From Rhynchobatus australiae (taxonomy: Eukaryota): a stretch of 64,000 nt of DNA. Where the stretch lies: positions 7,634,655 through 7,698,654 of the forward strand of contig JAUZTB010000118.1 of assembly GCA_034780895.1 (NCBI GenBank). The letters are read 5' to 3'. Of the stretch, positions 24,746-38,455 are shown one piece after another (within the stretch, counting starts at the first letter, position 1; every line of letters starts with the position of its first letter). The notes beneath the pieces were generated by a model. That model saw nothing but the letters and a program-made list of their open reading frames with translations, was not told the origin of the DNA and did not search any database. Made by a program: the position numbers and the translations under genes.

Positions 24746-27374
24746 GTTAGCTTCAAATTACTTTCAGGAAATAAATGTGCAGAGCTATCGAAAACACCTT
24801 CACTCACCTACAAAAGTCATGTTCTGTCCTTGGAGAGAGAGATGCTTATACAGATGCTTAAACTTGAGCTGAAACCTCATTCAGAAAATAGGTCGTGCAC
24901 TGAGTGTAATACTGTCTCCTTTTAATAAGGACACAATGAAGAGAGGAATGTTGCAGATTAAATGGGATCTATGTAAGAATTTTTTTTGAACATTTTGGGA
25001 AGCTTGCTAGTTAAGATTCTTTTCTTACCCCGAGCCTGTTACCATGCAACAGGAGAAGGCATAAGAAGGTGAAAGAAATTTTAGTTGGAGACTGAAGACA
25101 TGGCTTAATTCAATTCATGGTAGACTTATGAAAGAAAGAGACCAGGAGACATGAAATACTGTGTTCAGAAAGAATTCCAAATAGCTCGGGTGTAGTGACT
25201 GAAAGATAAGCTTCTGGCGTGGTGAATTGGAGCAAGCTGCAGGAAAGTGGATGGTTTACACAGGGATGTAAGATCATTCAGATCCTGGGAACGGGATCTT
25301 AAGCTAAGCATAAAGACCTGGATGCTAATTGGCTGCTTAGAGCCTATCATTGCACCTGGGGTCTCAGCAGCTTTGGAGGAGAGTTGGGACAAAAGAAGAG
25401 AGTGTATTGGAAGTGAAATTATGTGGACTTAGTGATGAAGGGGAAGACAGAATTAGACAGCATCTTTCACTTGCTCAGGACAGTTCAAACCACATTCCAG
25501 CCATGAAGTAGTTTTAAACTGTACTCATTATTATCACATCAGGACACATGTAACGGAAACAGATGTGGGACACGTTGAAGTGAACAGAGTTGCTACCTTC
25601 ATGAAAGGATGTATTTGAAGGTAGGATGAGATACATATGGACGCTGGCAGTGGGCTCTGGGATAGCTTTGGTCTGACAATGTGAGTGAAAGGAAATTTCT
25701 ACCCATCCAGCATGTTCTGTTATTGAGGCAGGTTAATTATGTAACGGTGATAGTATAGTGGAAGTGCCAGGGTAGTCATTGTCGGGTACATGAAAGTTGA
25801 TGCATTGCTCACACTGGTAGTCACTGGTTGTATTGGAGATCTGACACAGCATCAAACCTCTTGCATATGCAAAGTGACAGACTTCATAATTTGGACATGG
25901 ATAAAGGGCTGCCCCTATTTTTTCTCTTACCTAATATGGTAGATCAAGTACTTTTCATTAGAAGTTCACACACATTTGATGCATTTCATTGGAGTCTCAC
26001 CAGGTCATGTAGCACCTGAATGTTGGGTACCCTGTGGCACAATGTTACCCTCAAAGTACCTAAAGTGGATCTTCTATTTCTCTCTCCACAAATGTCACCT
26101 GACCTGCTGCGTGTTTCCAGCAATTTCTGCTTTTATTTCGGATTTCAAGCATTTGTGTTTTTTTTTAAATTTTCATTGTTTGTGGATTTATGTACCTGCA
26201 TTCAAAGAGAGTAAGCAGTCAGATGGAATCGGATGTATTTCTACAGCAGCAAATGGTAAAAATCTGATATGACAGTGAAAGTGGTTTATCTTGTTAAGAC
26301 TTAATTAAATTAAATTTTAGTTAGTAACTTAATTAGAGCTTCAATTTTGCAATTTTCTTGGATTAGAGGAGCCATGTGTTCAGGAAACTGTGTTGGAAGG
26401 GTGAAGAGTGAAAACATACATGCTTTGTCTAAATATATTTATTTCCCCCCTAATCTATACAATATAAACTATATAGGTTCAAACAAGCTTAGAAACATAT
26501 AGGGGTAATTTCATTCATCAGACTGTGCTGCTTCAATGAAGTAACCATTCACAGAGACTCATTTCTCTTACTTTCCAATGCATTTTATTTTTAAAATTGC
26601 TTTTGTGGAATGGGGACCCAGATAAATGCACATTATTTTTGTTACCTTGAGAAGTTAAAGGTGATCTTTTTTCTTAAGCTGAAGTCCTTGTGCTGATGCT
26701 ACTCCCATGATTATGTTAGGTCAGCTGTCCCAGAGTTTTGTTTCAGTGACAATGAAGGAACATGATAGATATCCAGGTCAGGAGGAGTGCGTGAATGTGA
26801 GCTTGCTATCCTTTTTCTTCTTGGATGTTATGGCTGAGAGGTCTGCAGGAGCAAACTATTCATTGTATGAAGTGAATATATTTCATATCAAGAAATTATA
26901 AATAGCAATACATAGAGATCAATGTGATTGTGAGTTAATAATCTAATCAACAGCATCATACATTGCATCATAAATCACAAGTGAAATTCATACAATCTGA
27001 TAATCATTCAAATCTGCAGAATGTAATCTCCTATTCCAGTATAGCTAATAAATATATACCCACATATCTCGATATGTTTAATAAGAAAGGCTTCTCAGAA
27101 AGTGCTGCATCTCTTGGGTAAATCAAAATGGAGCAGCACCTCACAACATGACAGGTTCCTTCAGGTGGAGAGATGTAAGGAATTAATTACTTTCAGATAA
27201 AATAAAATGAANNNNNNNNNNNNNNNNNNNNNNNNNNNNNNNNNNNNNNNNNNNNNNNNNNNNNNNNNNNNNNNNNNNNNNNNNNNNNNNNNNNNNNNNN
27301 NNNNNNNNNNNCCTCTTGATTTGGTCCTAATTTGATATTAAATTCATTTTTTTCTCTTTCTTTTGGGATTTGAG

Positions 27375-28325
27375 GATGACTTTCTTCCATTTCAGTGGGC
27401 TCAGAAGTGTTAGACCAGTGTGGGACATATAGACTCTGCCACAGGTGGGGTGGGTGTTGCTTGAAGGGACAGGTACTGTGGGAGATATTGTGTTCCTTCT
27501 GCTGTGTTTGATGGGTTTCAACGTTCTCCTGGCATGGAGACTCAGTGCCATCTCAGACAGAGGCTTCTTCTCCATTTTGATAAATCATGGGCTGAGGATT
27601 CTCACAATGAAGAGGATGTNNNNNNNNNNATTTTTCCCAGGGAGACTTTGAGAACATCCTTGAAGTGTCTTCTCTGTCTTTATGATAATCTCTTCTCATG
27701 ATGTAGCTCAGAGTAGAGTGTCTGTTCCAGGAGTCTGATGTTGGACATGCAAGTGATGAGGCCAGTCCTTTGGAACTGGCTGATTGCAATTAGGACCTTG
27801 ACATTGGTGATGTTATCCTGAGAGTGGACACTGCTTATCCTGCCAGAGAGCTTGTTAGATTTTGCAGATATACTATCAGTAGCATTCGTTTACTTCTTTC
27901 ACCTTACAACAGGCTTTGACTCTGATAACTGAGAGTAATTGTGGAAAATCCTTCACAAATTTGGTTGCCCTCAGAAATTTGTTTCCATTCTACATCTGCT
28001 AAGTGGCAGTATTATAAGTAGTTTCTGAAGTACATGAGAGGCCAGGGAGAACAACTTGGTTCTGGAGTCTTGGTTTGTCTTCTCCAGAAGGCTAAAATCT
28101 ATGCTGGAACACCGGAGCCAGTGTGTAATTATTACCTTCACCAAGTGGTGGGTCTTATGATGCGGAAAGTGGTCCACATTTTCCAGGGTCTAGTCAAGGA
28201 TCTTCATTGCTGGGGTACATTGTGGACTGGTTAGGTGAGAAGCTTTGTTTTGCAGATGTTTAGTGTAAGCCCCATTCTCTTGAACATTTCAGTGAATGAG
28301 TTAACAATGACTTGAAGTTTCGCCT
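27375..28325 (-). mobile_element. RTE/BovB-type LINE 3' remnant
   Basis: Minus strand of about 27640-27770 gives TGLITCMSNIRLLEQTLYSELHHEKRLS*RQRRHFKDVLKVSL, matching the RTE pattern 'WAGHV.RM...RLPK..LYSEL..G.R..G.Q.KRFKD.LK.SL'. Confidence 0.8.
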
Positions 28326-28404
28326 CAAAATATGCTTTTCATCCAAGTGCCTTCTGTGTACTACAACTTGATGGCTGAGCTTGGAATGACCTTAGCTCTG
28401 AAAC

Positions 28405-28580
28405 AGAATCAGGTTTATTATCATTGGCATATGTCATGAAATGTGTTGTTTTGTGGCAGCAGTACAGTGCAAGAAATAAAAATTACTACAAGTTACAAAA
28501 ATAAATAAATAGTGCAAAAGAGCAATAATGACATCGTGTTCATGGACCCTGCAGCTATCCACACATCTGAAGAAATCTTC
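28405..28580 (-). mobile_element. Rex1/Babar 3' end fragment
   Basis: cagaatcaggtttattatca...ataaataaatagtgcaa...gtgttcatgg, collinear with 42862-43040. Confidence 0.7.
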
Positions 28581-31500
28581 ATGAGCTTTTAAGGTGCAAT
28601 GGCCCAGAACTGGACCTAGTTGTGGCCTCATGCCCTTATTTGCACTATTTCAAGTGCTAAGCCATTTATTTTTTATATTGTATTGAACTTTCCTGTATCT
28701 GCAAAGTGTTTGTTATTTCTAAGTACATCTGCTCTAAAACTCCTTTAATTGTTTTACTATTATATGTAAATAAATGAAACAAAAAAATCATTCATAAACT
28801 GCCTTTCTTATTGGCAAGGATATCCCTTTCAAAGGTCTTGTCCAAATAATGCAGAAACTCTGCCGTGCTACCACTGTGTTTGAAGTTTGTCTGTACTGCA
28901 GGCAATTCTGTAAATACCACAGGATGAACTTTTGCAATGTGATTCTGCTATTTAACATCAGATTTTATCTTAATTTAATAAATAAATCAATGCCAGATAT
29001 GGTTTATGGTTGAGCGGCTCCATTATAGTATAGCATTGACTATTATTTATGAATAGTCCAGACTATGTTCAATCTGGCCTGTTCTCTGCACATTCCCACT
29101 CCCTCAGTTACCTTCTGCAACCCCAGGGGTCCAACTTTGTGGAGGTCTATCCACTGCAGCCATCCCTTGAAGTGAAACTATGGGTCGTGGCATGACATCA
29201 GGTGGTAGAGACATTTAAAAACCCTGCAAAGCTATTAAAAAATAGTTTATTTCGCACAAAGTGTCTGAGATACCTTTAAGTCCTTTAAATTAATTAAACA
29301 CATCAAGGTTAAGTAAAATAAAAATGATCACTTACCCCTGCACTTACCTGTTTAATTAAGGTTTATCAATCCCATTCAAGTGAATGCAGTTAGATTGTAT
29401 GCACTAATTGTTCCTGGAATCAAGCCTGTGGGACCAGATGCAAAGTCCATCTGACCTCTCAACAAAGGATGTTTTGTGTTCTGCCTTTGAACTGAGTCCA
29501 GTGCTCGAGTTTAGGATAAAGTCAAGCTGACGTTGAAGAGTACCTTGTTCCCTGTGGGACTGCCTGCAAAAGATAAGTACATTTCTGTCCAACCTGTTGC
29601 TCAAATCAATTAATCGGAGAGGAATGCCCTTTGAACTTGAGTTGAATGCTGCTGCTCATTACTGATTTAGTCAGCAAAATATTTGGTGGGACTTCAAATC
29701 TACCTTCTTTGAAATGAAGATTGAGATCACAAAATGTTCCAGATAATTGTCATACTTTTAGAGAAAGACACAAGTTCCACAATGGAAGAGAAATTTGCCA
29801 TTTTTAGCCCACCAGTAGTGAAAACCCTTGACTAATTTGAAGTAAACTTTGTGAATGAGCTTAAATTACAGCAGCTTTACACCAATCAATCCTTATTTCA
29901 ATTTAAACAGAAAGCATTCCAAAGTTATGGTCGCAAGATAAAGAATGACTTAAATAAAATAAAGCAGTACTTTTTCTTAACATGTCTTCTGCAGAAAGAT
30001 TTCAAATAAAGGTGCTTCAAAGCAGATTTTCTTTTTGTATCCCTGTTGGAATAAAATTACAATTGTTTATTTCTGGTTGCTTGGTTTGCTTCACCATCTG
30101 TTTGACAGATCGGAGGTGAGGTGAAGGGAAAAGCGTGATCTCTCAGTAAAAATAAATAGCTTGCCAGCTCTTACCTTGCACAAGAAGTAATCTGCAATCA
30201 GCCCGCTTTCTGTTATGGGTGAAGAGTAATGCAATGTGAAAAGCTGACTCACGAGATTAAACAAGGATTTTCTACCCTTAGTGCAAAAAATCAAAGCAGC
30301 TGCCTGAATAACATTGCCTTGCAACAGCTGCTGTGATTTATGATTTGAAATTTTGTTTGAATTGGATATCGTACCCAATTTACAATGCATTAACTGCTGT
30401 GTGTAACAGACTTTTTTTCCTGAGGAATTTGTGCAACTTTCTGAAGGGCAAAACCAGCAGTAAATAGAAGTGATTGCATTTGAAGAAACTCGGTGAGTGC
30501 CACAAGCTGCAGGGATCACTGTGTATGTGTCTTTCCACTGAATATATTCAGTCCTGTATTTGTTTTAGACCATCTCTTTATCCCTGGCATCGATCTGTTA
30601 ATTTGGCAACAAAAATACGATGAATAGATTTTCTTTTCTTTTTGCCATTGAGTTCCATTGGTTCTGTGACAATATTTAACTGTTGATCTTGTGCATGGGT
30701 CCATTGCAGCCGAGGTCTTTACAATTATAACAGAACTGGTAACCAATCTGGTCCCTTGAGGAATGTTTTTCTGGTTGGATGTGTAAGATACTCTACTTCT
30801 CAGTTGTTGCCATTGGTTTAGAGCTGAAAAGTTCTCACTGCTCAGTTGAGGTGAACTGCTGACCTATATTCCAATTTGTCTATTAAAAAGAAAAGCAGAT
30901 CCCCCTCAGGTTCTGTGGCATTTTAATGTGGAAGAATCCCACCCAGCAGAAGGTGATGATAAGCTTGCACTTTTTGCATTGTTAACACCTGAAACAATTT
31001 AATGGCAGCTATTGTGACACAAGATGAGAAACATTCCAGCTATTCATCTGCAGTTATTAGGCACACTGGTTATCAGAAGTTTATACATCAAGATTTTGAC
31101 CTTTGAACAAGCTGTCTCTATTTAATGGAAAGATTGAAATACTTTCATTAATAATAAAGTGACTTCCCTTTGTAAAAAAAGAATCTGAATAGTCACAAAG
31201 TTTGCATCATGCAGTGGGTAGATAGTTGTGAATGCACTCATCATTAAACAACACTTGAATGAAAGGAGAATATCTCAGCAAGGATAATTCTCCATTATGC
31301 TCTTCTAAGTCATTCACAATCATTGAGTACAAGGTATCTGTAAATTGAAGAAATGTCATGTGGATTCATCTTCATGTGCATCTGAAGTTAGCACAGGAGA
31401 AATAAAGGATGAGAGTGAGACCACAGTCCACTGTTGGAGCTGAAGGTGATTGGTTTGGGAAGAAAGCTTTCTCAATTTAGTAATGGCATGACCTGACCCC

Positions 31501-32009
31501 AATCTGGACAGAGTTTGTTCTGCTGAATTTATGGGACCCTATATATCAGGCTGCCAGAAATATATTTGACCTCCTCTTTGATCAATATTTCAACATTTCT
31601 AGCACCCACTTACAGCAGATGTTTGACCCCCAAGGATGTTAATTAGGGGCCTAATGCTTGTTGAAGATTCCACTTACAAATTTGTTATCCTCAGCGCTTT
31701 AGCCACTAGTCACACAAATAAAAGTCAAAGCCAAATGGCTGCCTATGATGAAAATGTTGTCTCCGTCTCAGTGGAGCTGTTTGGGTAATTTCCTTGTCAA
31801 TCAAGCTTGATGACAACATTGTTCTTTATGACTGAGACTGATCTGTGTACATTACTATCCTCTATTTACTGCATTTTCTGAGAATGATTATATTGTTTTT
31901 AGTATGAGAAGTTGCTGCAGTTCCAATTTCCTCCACTCTAAAAAGACCCTGTTTGCTGAGTAATTTGACTGCTTCGCAGCAGACTACATGCAGATAAACA
32001 GGCAAGTTA

Positions 32010-32350
32010 AGGATAGGATTAGGCTACTCAGCATCTCAAACCTGCTCCACCTTATAATAAGATCATGGCTGATCAACCTGTAACCTTACTCCACGCTCTG
32101 ACTACCTACAGTAAGCTTTCTCCTTGCTTCTCCAGATCCTATCTACCACTGCCTCTACAATATTCAAATTCTGCTTCCACCATCCTTTGAAGAAGAAAAT
32201 TCTAAAGACCCGCAACCCTTTTAGAGATAAAGTTTCACCTCCATTTCCAGATTCTCCCTCAATAGGATACCTCCTCTTCACATCCATACTGTTAAGATGG
32301 CTTAGGATCTGATATGTTTTAATCAGGTCCTCTCTGTCTTTCTCCTTCTG
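32010..32350 (-). mobile_element. CR1 LINE 3' fragment (degenerate)
   Basis: ORF 32102..32476(-) contains REDLIKTYQILSHLNSMDVKR; 3' UTR cctgctccacc..aataagatcatggctgatc. Confidence 0.7.
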
Positions 32351-33303
32351 AACAAGTTCAGGGAACCCTTGCCTCCTGCGTTCCCTCCTCTCTATCTCCC
32401 CTTCGGATCCACATACGGTTCTCCCAATTTTGTCCCCTTTCCCATACCCCTCTGTCCAGCAGCCCCCCCCCATCACGTTTTAATCCACCGCCCCCTCCTG
32501 ATTCCATCCATCTACCAGCCACAGCCCCATTGGACACACCCCCCCCCATCTGGTTCTATCTGCCCTTCACCTCCAATTGTTCCCATTAACACCTTTCTTA
32601 CTTATCAGGTTCCAGTCTTTATGTCCCCGCTTTCACCATCCAGCCGTTGTCTCCCCCCTCACCCGCCCCTCCCCCCAGCGGGGTCGNNNNNNNNNNNNNN
32701 NNNNNNNNNNNNNNNNNNNNNNNNNNNNNNNNNNNNNNNNNNNNNNNNNNNNNNNNNNNNNNNNNNNNNNNNNNNNNNNNNNNNNNNNNNNNNNNNNNNN
32801 NNNNNNNNNNNNNNNNNNNNNNNNNNNNNNNNNNNNNNNNNNNNNNNNNNNNNNNNNNNNNNNNNNNNNNNNNNNNNNNNNNNNNNNNNNNNNNNNNNNN
32901 NNNNNNNNNNNNNNNNNNNNNNNNNNNNNNNNNNNNNNNNNNNNNNNNNNNNNNNNNNNNNNNNNNNNNNNNNNNNNNNNNNNNNNNNNNNNNNNNNNNN
33001 NNNNNNNNNNNNNNNNNNNNNNNNNNNNNNNNNNNNNNNNNNNNNNNNNNNNNNNNNNNNNNNNNNNNNNNNNNNNNNCCCTCCCCCTCTCCCACCTTGC
33101 TTCATCTGCCTGTCATCTTTCACCCCTCCTCCATGCACCTATCACCGACTGGCCCCTAATCTCACACCTCCTCCCCTCCTCTTTATACTGGTGACTCCTC
33201 CTTCAGTCCTTTCACCTCACAGATGCTGCTCGACCTGTTGAGTTCCTCCAGCAGTTTGCTTTTTTGCAACGGATGCCAGCAACTGCAGTCTCTTGTGTCT
33301 CTC
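32350..33303 (+). mobile_element. Penelope 3' UTR/pLTR remnant(s) spanning a gap
   Basis: C-rich UTR ending in cacagatgctgctcgacctgttgagttcctccagcag...gcagtctcttgtgtctc (pLTR end). Confidence 0.7.
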
Positions 33304-35394
33304 ATCTTGGTGATGGTCATTATCTAATGCCTGTTTTCCTGATTATGCTGCATTCAAGCAAGGACTTCTTTGGTAATGGAAGAGTTGTGAAAGGAACTAA
33401 AAGGTCACTAGTTACAGACGTCATGGTGTAATCTAGGACCAGATTAATGCTCTGCTCAGCAGCCATAAAAATGACATGATGCAAGATCAATGGGAAAAGT
33501 GGATAATAACAGAGGATAAAATCCAGTAGGCAGTTTCTTTGGGAAAATTGAATTGCTGTGTAGTGCGGAAGCCTGTTGACAGTCACCAAATATTTTTGAG
33601 ACTACAAAGTACAGTCAATTGATGTGGGTTCATTGTTTTGACATCGCTTGCGTCCCTAAATTTGTTGCAGCCTTCATAAACTAATGCTTTTCTGTCTCTG
33701 TTGCCAATGTCCTACCAGTAAGGTATTCAACAAACTTGCTTCAGTTGCCACCCTTAGTAAACCATGTGTATGTTTTTATCTTTCCAAATGTCCTCCAAAC
33801 TGGCAAGCCATCCAGTGGTGTATCTGTGTATGCTGAGCAGCCTCAAATAGTGATGAGGTGTTCCACTCAGTAACAGCAGTAATTGTTGTTTATATTCTGT
33901 GGCATCCTCTGGGACATCAGAGCTTGCTTGTGTAACACTGATGTTAATCCACTGGCCGACAAACAAATAGTCTGGGAATTCAGAAGAAATGCGAGTGAAT
34001 GAGAAGCAGATATTCTGTTGAAGCACACAATGACACTAGTTGATATCCTGAATACAAGTGGCAGTGCCCCTGTTCAAAGGCATTTGTCTGAATTTAAAAT
34101 ATACAGGGCACATAAAAAATGTTGCAAAACATTTCTTTATCAGACCCCTGTAACCTTCTGTCTGCACTGGAAGTGCACATTCTTCAAATGTTACTGGTAA
34201 ATCACAATAGTCGATAACATCAGAATCTTGTGATTTAATTAAGATAAAGATGCATTTCAAGAATATTAAAAGCCAGTAACTAAAGAGAACCACAGTTTAC
34301 ATTGATCACAATAACATTGATCTTCTGTTACTAATGTCCTTAGAGTGACTGCATTTTCTATAAAACAGGGTGTAAAAAAATCTACAATGAGAATAATTGA
34401 AGCCCGACTGCTGTATTCAGTAGTTTAGGATTATTTGCTTCCCAAGTCCCTTCTGGTAAATAGCTTAGGTGACATTAATCAGGAGTATTAGTCCTCAAAA
34501 TTTGCCTAACAAATTAACTGAGCACTGTTTTGTGGAAGATATATCTGCTCTGGAGGAGGATGCTGTTGGTAAATTTCATCAGTTATTTCCACTGATAAGC
34601 ATTCAGTGACATTAAATTCAGATGCTTCAGGAAAAAGTTCACGCCAATGCAACACAGAAAAGCAAAAACTGGATCCCTTTGTGTAGTCGAGTGGATGATT
34701 CACCAGTGCTTCTAGCTGAACTTATACCCTTGTTGAAGGTATTTGTCAGATCAACACAGCAGGCAACAGAGGCTTAGAGATTTCATGTGGAAGAACGTGT
34801 CTGAAGAACTGTCTATCACGGATGCTTTTAATACTGACAGCCGTGCCTCTGTGAAATGCTTTACCACCTGAGTGCCTTATGACTAATGATCATCTGAAAG
34901 AAGAACACNNNNNNNNNNNNNNNNNNNNNNNNNNNNNNNNNNNNNNNNNNNNNNNNNNNNNNNNNNNNNNNNNNNNNNNNNNNNNNNNNNNNNNNNNNNN
35001 NNNNNNNNTGCTTTACCACCTGAGTGCCTTATGACTAATGATCATCTGAAAGAAGAACACGTCGTCTCTACCACTGTGTGCAGCTGTCTGACTCCTTAGA
35101 TACTTGCTGAAGTAGAACCTCTCCTTCCAGTCAATTCACACTCTCTATATTTGTAGTTCTGGTAGCTGGTGTTAAATCTTGAAAACCTGTAGCATAAGGC
35201 TAATGATCAAATGTTTCATGTTAACTCGATGGTTTGTGGACAGTTGGTCTTCAGTTTGCTCTCTACATTGGGCCCTTTCTCACTGAAATACTTCACAGAG
35301 GCTCAATTATATACTTTACCTGAAAACTCCCAAAAGACAGAGTTGTAGAGGACATAGGACTCATGCATCAAAATCATGGATCCCTCTTTTGTCA

Positions 35395-35590
35395 GAGTCA
35401 CAAATTCATACAGCATGGAAACAGGCCATTTGGCCCACCATGTCAATGCCAACCAGTGTGCACCAATCTGTAGTAATCCCATCTTCCAGCACCTGACCTG
35501 TAGCCTTCTATGCCGAGGTGATTCAAGTGCTCATCTAGACACCTCTGAAATGATGTCATTAATTCTGCTTCTGTCACTCTCTCAGGCAGT
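35395..35590 (-). mobile_element. CR1 3' tail fragment
   Basis: catacagcatggaaacaggccatttggccc is the CR1 3' terminal signature. Confidence 0.7.
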
Positions 35591-36092
35591 TTAGTGGAGG
35601 TGATTACAACAGTATTGGGTTACTCAGTGAACGGTAATCACAGAGTCAGCAGTCAGGGCTGAGATGTGGAAACTCCTGCTGTGGCCCATCTTTGCCTGTT
35701 GAAAACCTATTGATTACTGTTGAAACTTTTAACTTATCCAGCATCCACTGGGTCTGAGGGCTCATGATAACCAACACCCATTTTCACTTTGCTCCAGTAA
35801 GTCAATTATGCTGCTCCCTTTATTACAGTGATTCTAAGACAAGCGCTGATGCTTTGGAGACTGAGACAGAATTTGTTGGTGTGAATTTCACTTAACCAGC
35901 CAGTGTTTGAGCAGTTTCAAACTCAGGCTTTAATTAAACCACACCAGTGAGTTGCACACCCTCACTGCAGCTTACCAGCTCTGCTTCAACACGATCTGCA
36001 GAGCTTTAGGGGGAGAATTATGACACTGGAGCAAATTAGCATTATCGGAGAGCCAGCACAAGTACAATGGATCAAATGGCTCCCTTCAGTGC

Positions 36093-36320
36093 TCAGAATC
36101 AGAATCAGGTTTATTATCACTGATATACATCATGACATGTATTGTTTTGCGAGACATAGAAATTCCTAGTGTTCATGCACCGTTCAGAATTCTGATGGTG
36201 GAGGGGAAGAAGCTGTCCCTGAAACATTGAGTGTGGGTCCTCAGGTTCCTGTACCATCACACCGATGGTAGTAACATGAAGAGGGCATGTCCTAGATGGT
36301 GAGGGTCTAAACAGTGCTGC
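36093..36320 (-). mobile_element. Rex1/Babar 3' fragment
   Basis: (tcagaa)n tail; minus strand encodes DPHHLGHALFMLLPS; collinear with 42862-43160. Confidence 0.75.
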
Positions 36321-36824
36321 ATCATTTTATGATCAAATGCCTCATAAAGCCCTAGCATGGCATTTGAAACTACAATCACGAAGAGGTATGGGGAGTTCAT
36401 GGGAAATTGTTGTTGATCTTGAAAATGGTCAATTAGCCATGACATTGAATAATGATACGAGGTCAAGGGGTTGAATGACCAACTGTTACTCCTGTTTCTT
36501 ATGTTTCTTACAAGACTGTAATAAGATATTGGGTTAAATCTTGCTACCTTGTGACCGCTCCTTGAATTGCCATCCATGTTAACCCTACACCTGTATTTAG
36601 TTCGGCTTGGATACAGAAGGCCTATCTTGCTGGTGAAGTGTTCTGGATTCTAGGGGAATGGCATGAGTGACAACAAGACCTTTGATGGTGCACTGAGGGA
36701 GCCCCATCCCAAAACCTTCAAAAGATTCCGCAGTTGGCAAAACTCAGTCGCCTTGCCTTGTCAGCTGTCAAAGCCATGAAGGGATTTAAATATCCTTGAC
36801 ACAGATTAAATTTAAAACTACTAT

Positions 36825-37035
36825 AGATAGACCATAGACCATAAGAAAGATAGAGGAGCAGAAGTAAGCCATTCAACCCATGAGTCTGCTTCGCCATTCA
36901 ATCATGGTTGATTGTTTCAATCTCATTATCCTGCCTTCTCCCCATATCTCTTAACCCCCTTACCAATCAAGAACCTATCAATCTCTGGTTTAAGTACACC
37001 CAATGACTTGGCCTCCACAGCCCTCTGTGGCAACT
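36825..37035 (-). mobile_element. CR1 3' UTR fragment
   Basis: ccataaga..taggagcagaagt..gccattca..gccattcaatcatgg..ttggcctccacagccctctgtggcaa. Confidence 0.75.
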
Positions 37036-38232
37036 AAATATAAATGAAATTATGTAAAAACAGTAATAAATAATTAAAAACATGCAACTGGATAAAAATA
37101 ATTTTGAAAAGGGAATAGGCTTTTCCCTTCCTTTCTTTCCTGGATACCAGCAAGCCCCTTTGAAATCAATGGGGTTGTGGATCCGGCAACAGATTAGACA
37201 TGGGCAGTATCAGAACGGCAGTTTCCCAGGGCTGGGGGTCTCGGCCAAATGGATCACCACTGCCGGACTGCAGCAACAGAGCATCCTGACAGGGGAGGAT
37301 GAATAGTCAGGTGGTTGTCTGATCAGATAGGCAAAAAGAGGGATGCAGATCTGCAGCTGGGAAAAATGTTAAAGCAGGATGCTAAAATGTAATAACATCA
37401 GGATGACCCCAATGCCATTTGCTAACATGTACAAAAAAAAGTTAGAAATGGCTGGACAAATGATGTAGGAAGGCTTTAAATCTGAGGATGTGGTACCATG
37501 TTTGGGGCAGGTGGGGTGTGTACATATCAGAATTGGTTGCATCCTAGGAGCCAAGAGGGATAACCTGGGGATGGGGTGGGGTTCACTTTTGCTACTCTCA
37601 AGTTTGTACAAATTATTCCAGAATCCATATAAGATTGCTAACCAGTACATTGACCAACACTTTCAAAAGTCAGGATGTAGATCATCACATCCTTGGGATT
37701 TATCAGCTTTCATTTTCAATCTCTATTGTATCTTTTAAAAACTAACATCAATTTATTTTGGTCCCTTATTCTGTAATATTACTGTTAGTTTTCTTCCCAT
37801 CTTCCATAAAGATAGACAAAGTATTTGTTTAATTTTTTTCTATCATTTCCTTATTCCACACTACAAATTTTCCCATTGCTATTTGTAAGGGTCCAAAATT
37901 CTCCTGTGGTAGTCCTTTCCTTTTTACATACCTATAGAACAACTTGCCCATTTTTAAGTTTCTTGTCAATTTGAGCATCATTCCTTCCTGTTTTTGGAGA
38001 TACATCGTTAAACTGGGGCAGGGCAGAGAAGATTCAAGAGGATGCTACCAGGACCCCAAGGGCCTGAGTTATTGAAGGCTGGGCAGGCTAGGACTTTATT
38101 TCTTGGATTGTATGAGATCAAGGGGTGACCTNNNNNNNNNNNNNNNNNNNNNNNNNNNNNNNNNNNNNNNNNNNNNNNNNNNNNNNNNNNNNNNNNNNNN
38201 NNNNNNNNNNNNNNNNNNNNNNNNNNNNNNNC

Positions 38233-38455
38233 TATTCACTACATTTATTATAATCATTCTACTCTTTTAAATCTTATTTCTATGACTTTAAGAATTACCA
38301 ACAATGTTCTCTTAAATCTGCTACTATATTCTGCATTCTGTTATTGTACTACCTCTCGATGTACTTATGTTTGAAATGACCTGTCTGGATGGCATGCAAA
38401 CAAAACTTTTCACTGCATCTCTGAATATGTGACAATAATAAACCAATTACCAATT
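38233..38455 (+). mobile_element. Rex1/Babar 3' UTR fragment
   Basis: Reverse complement of 13766-13920 (ctgtctggatggcatgcaaac...gtgacaataataaaccaattaccaatt). Confidence 0.7.

Noticed and set aside
34857-35060. About 52-bp exact direct repeat flanking a 100-N gap
   Set aside because: Same contig-overlap artefact.
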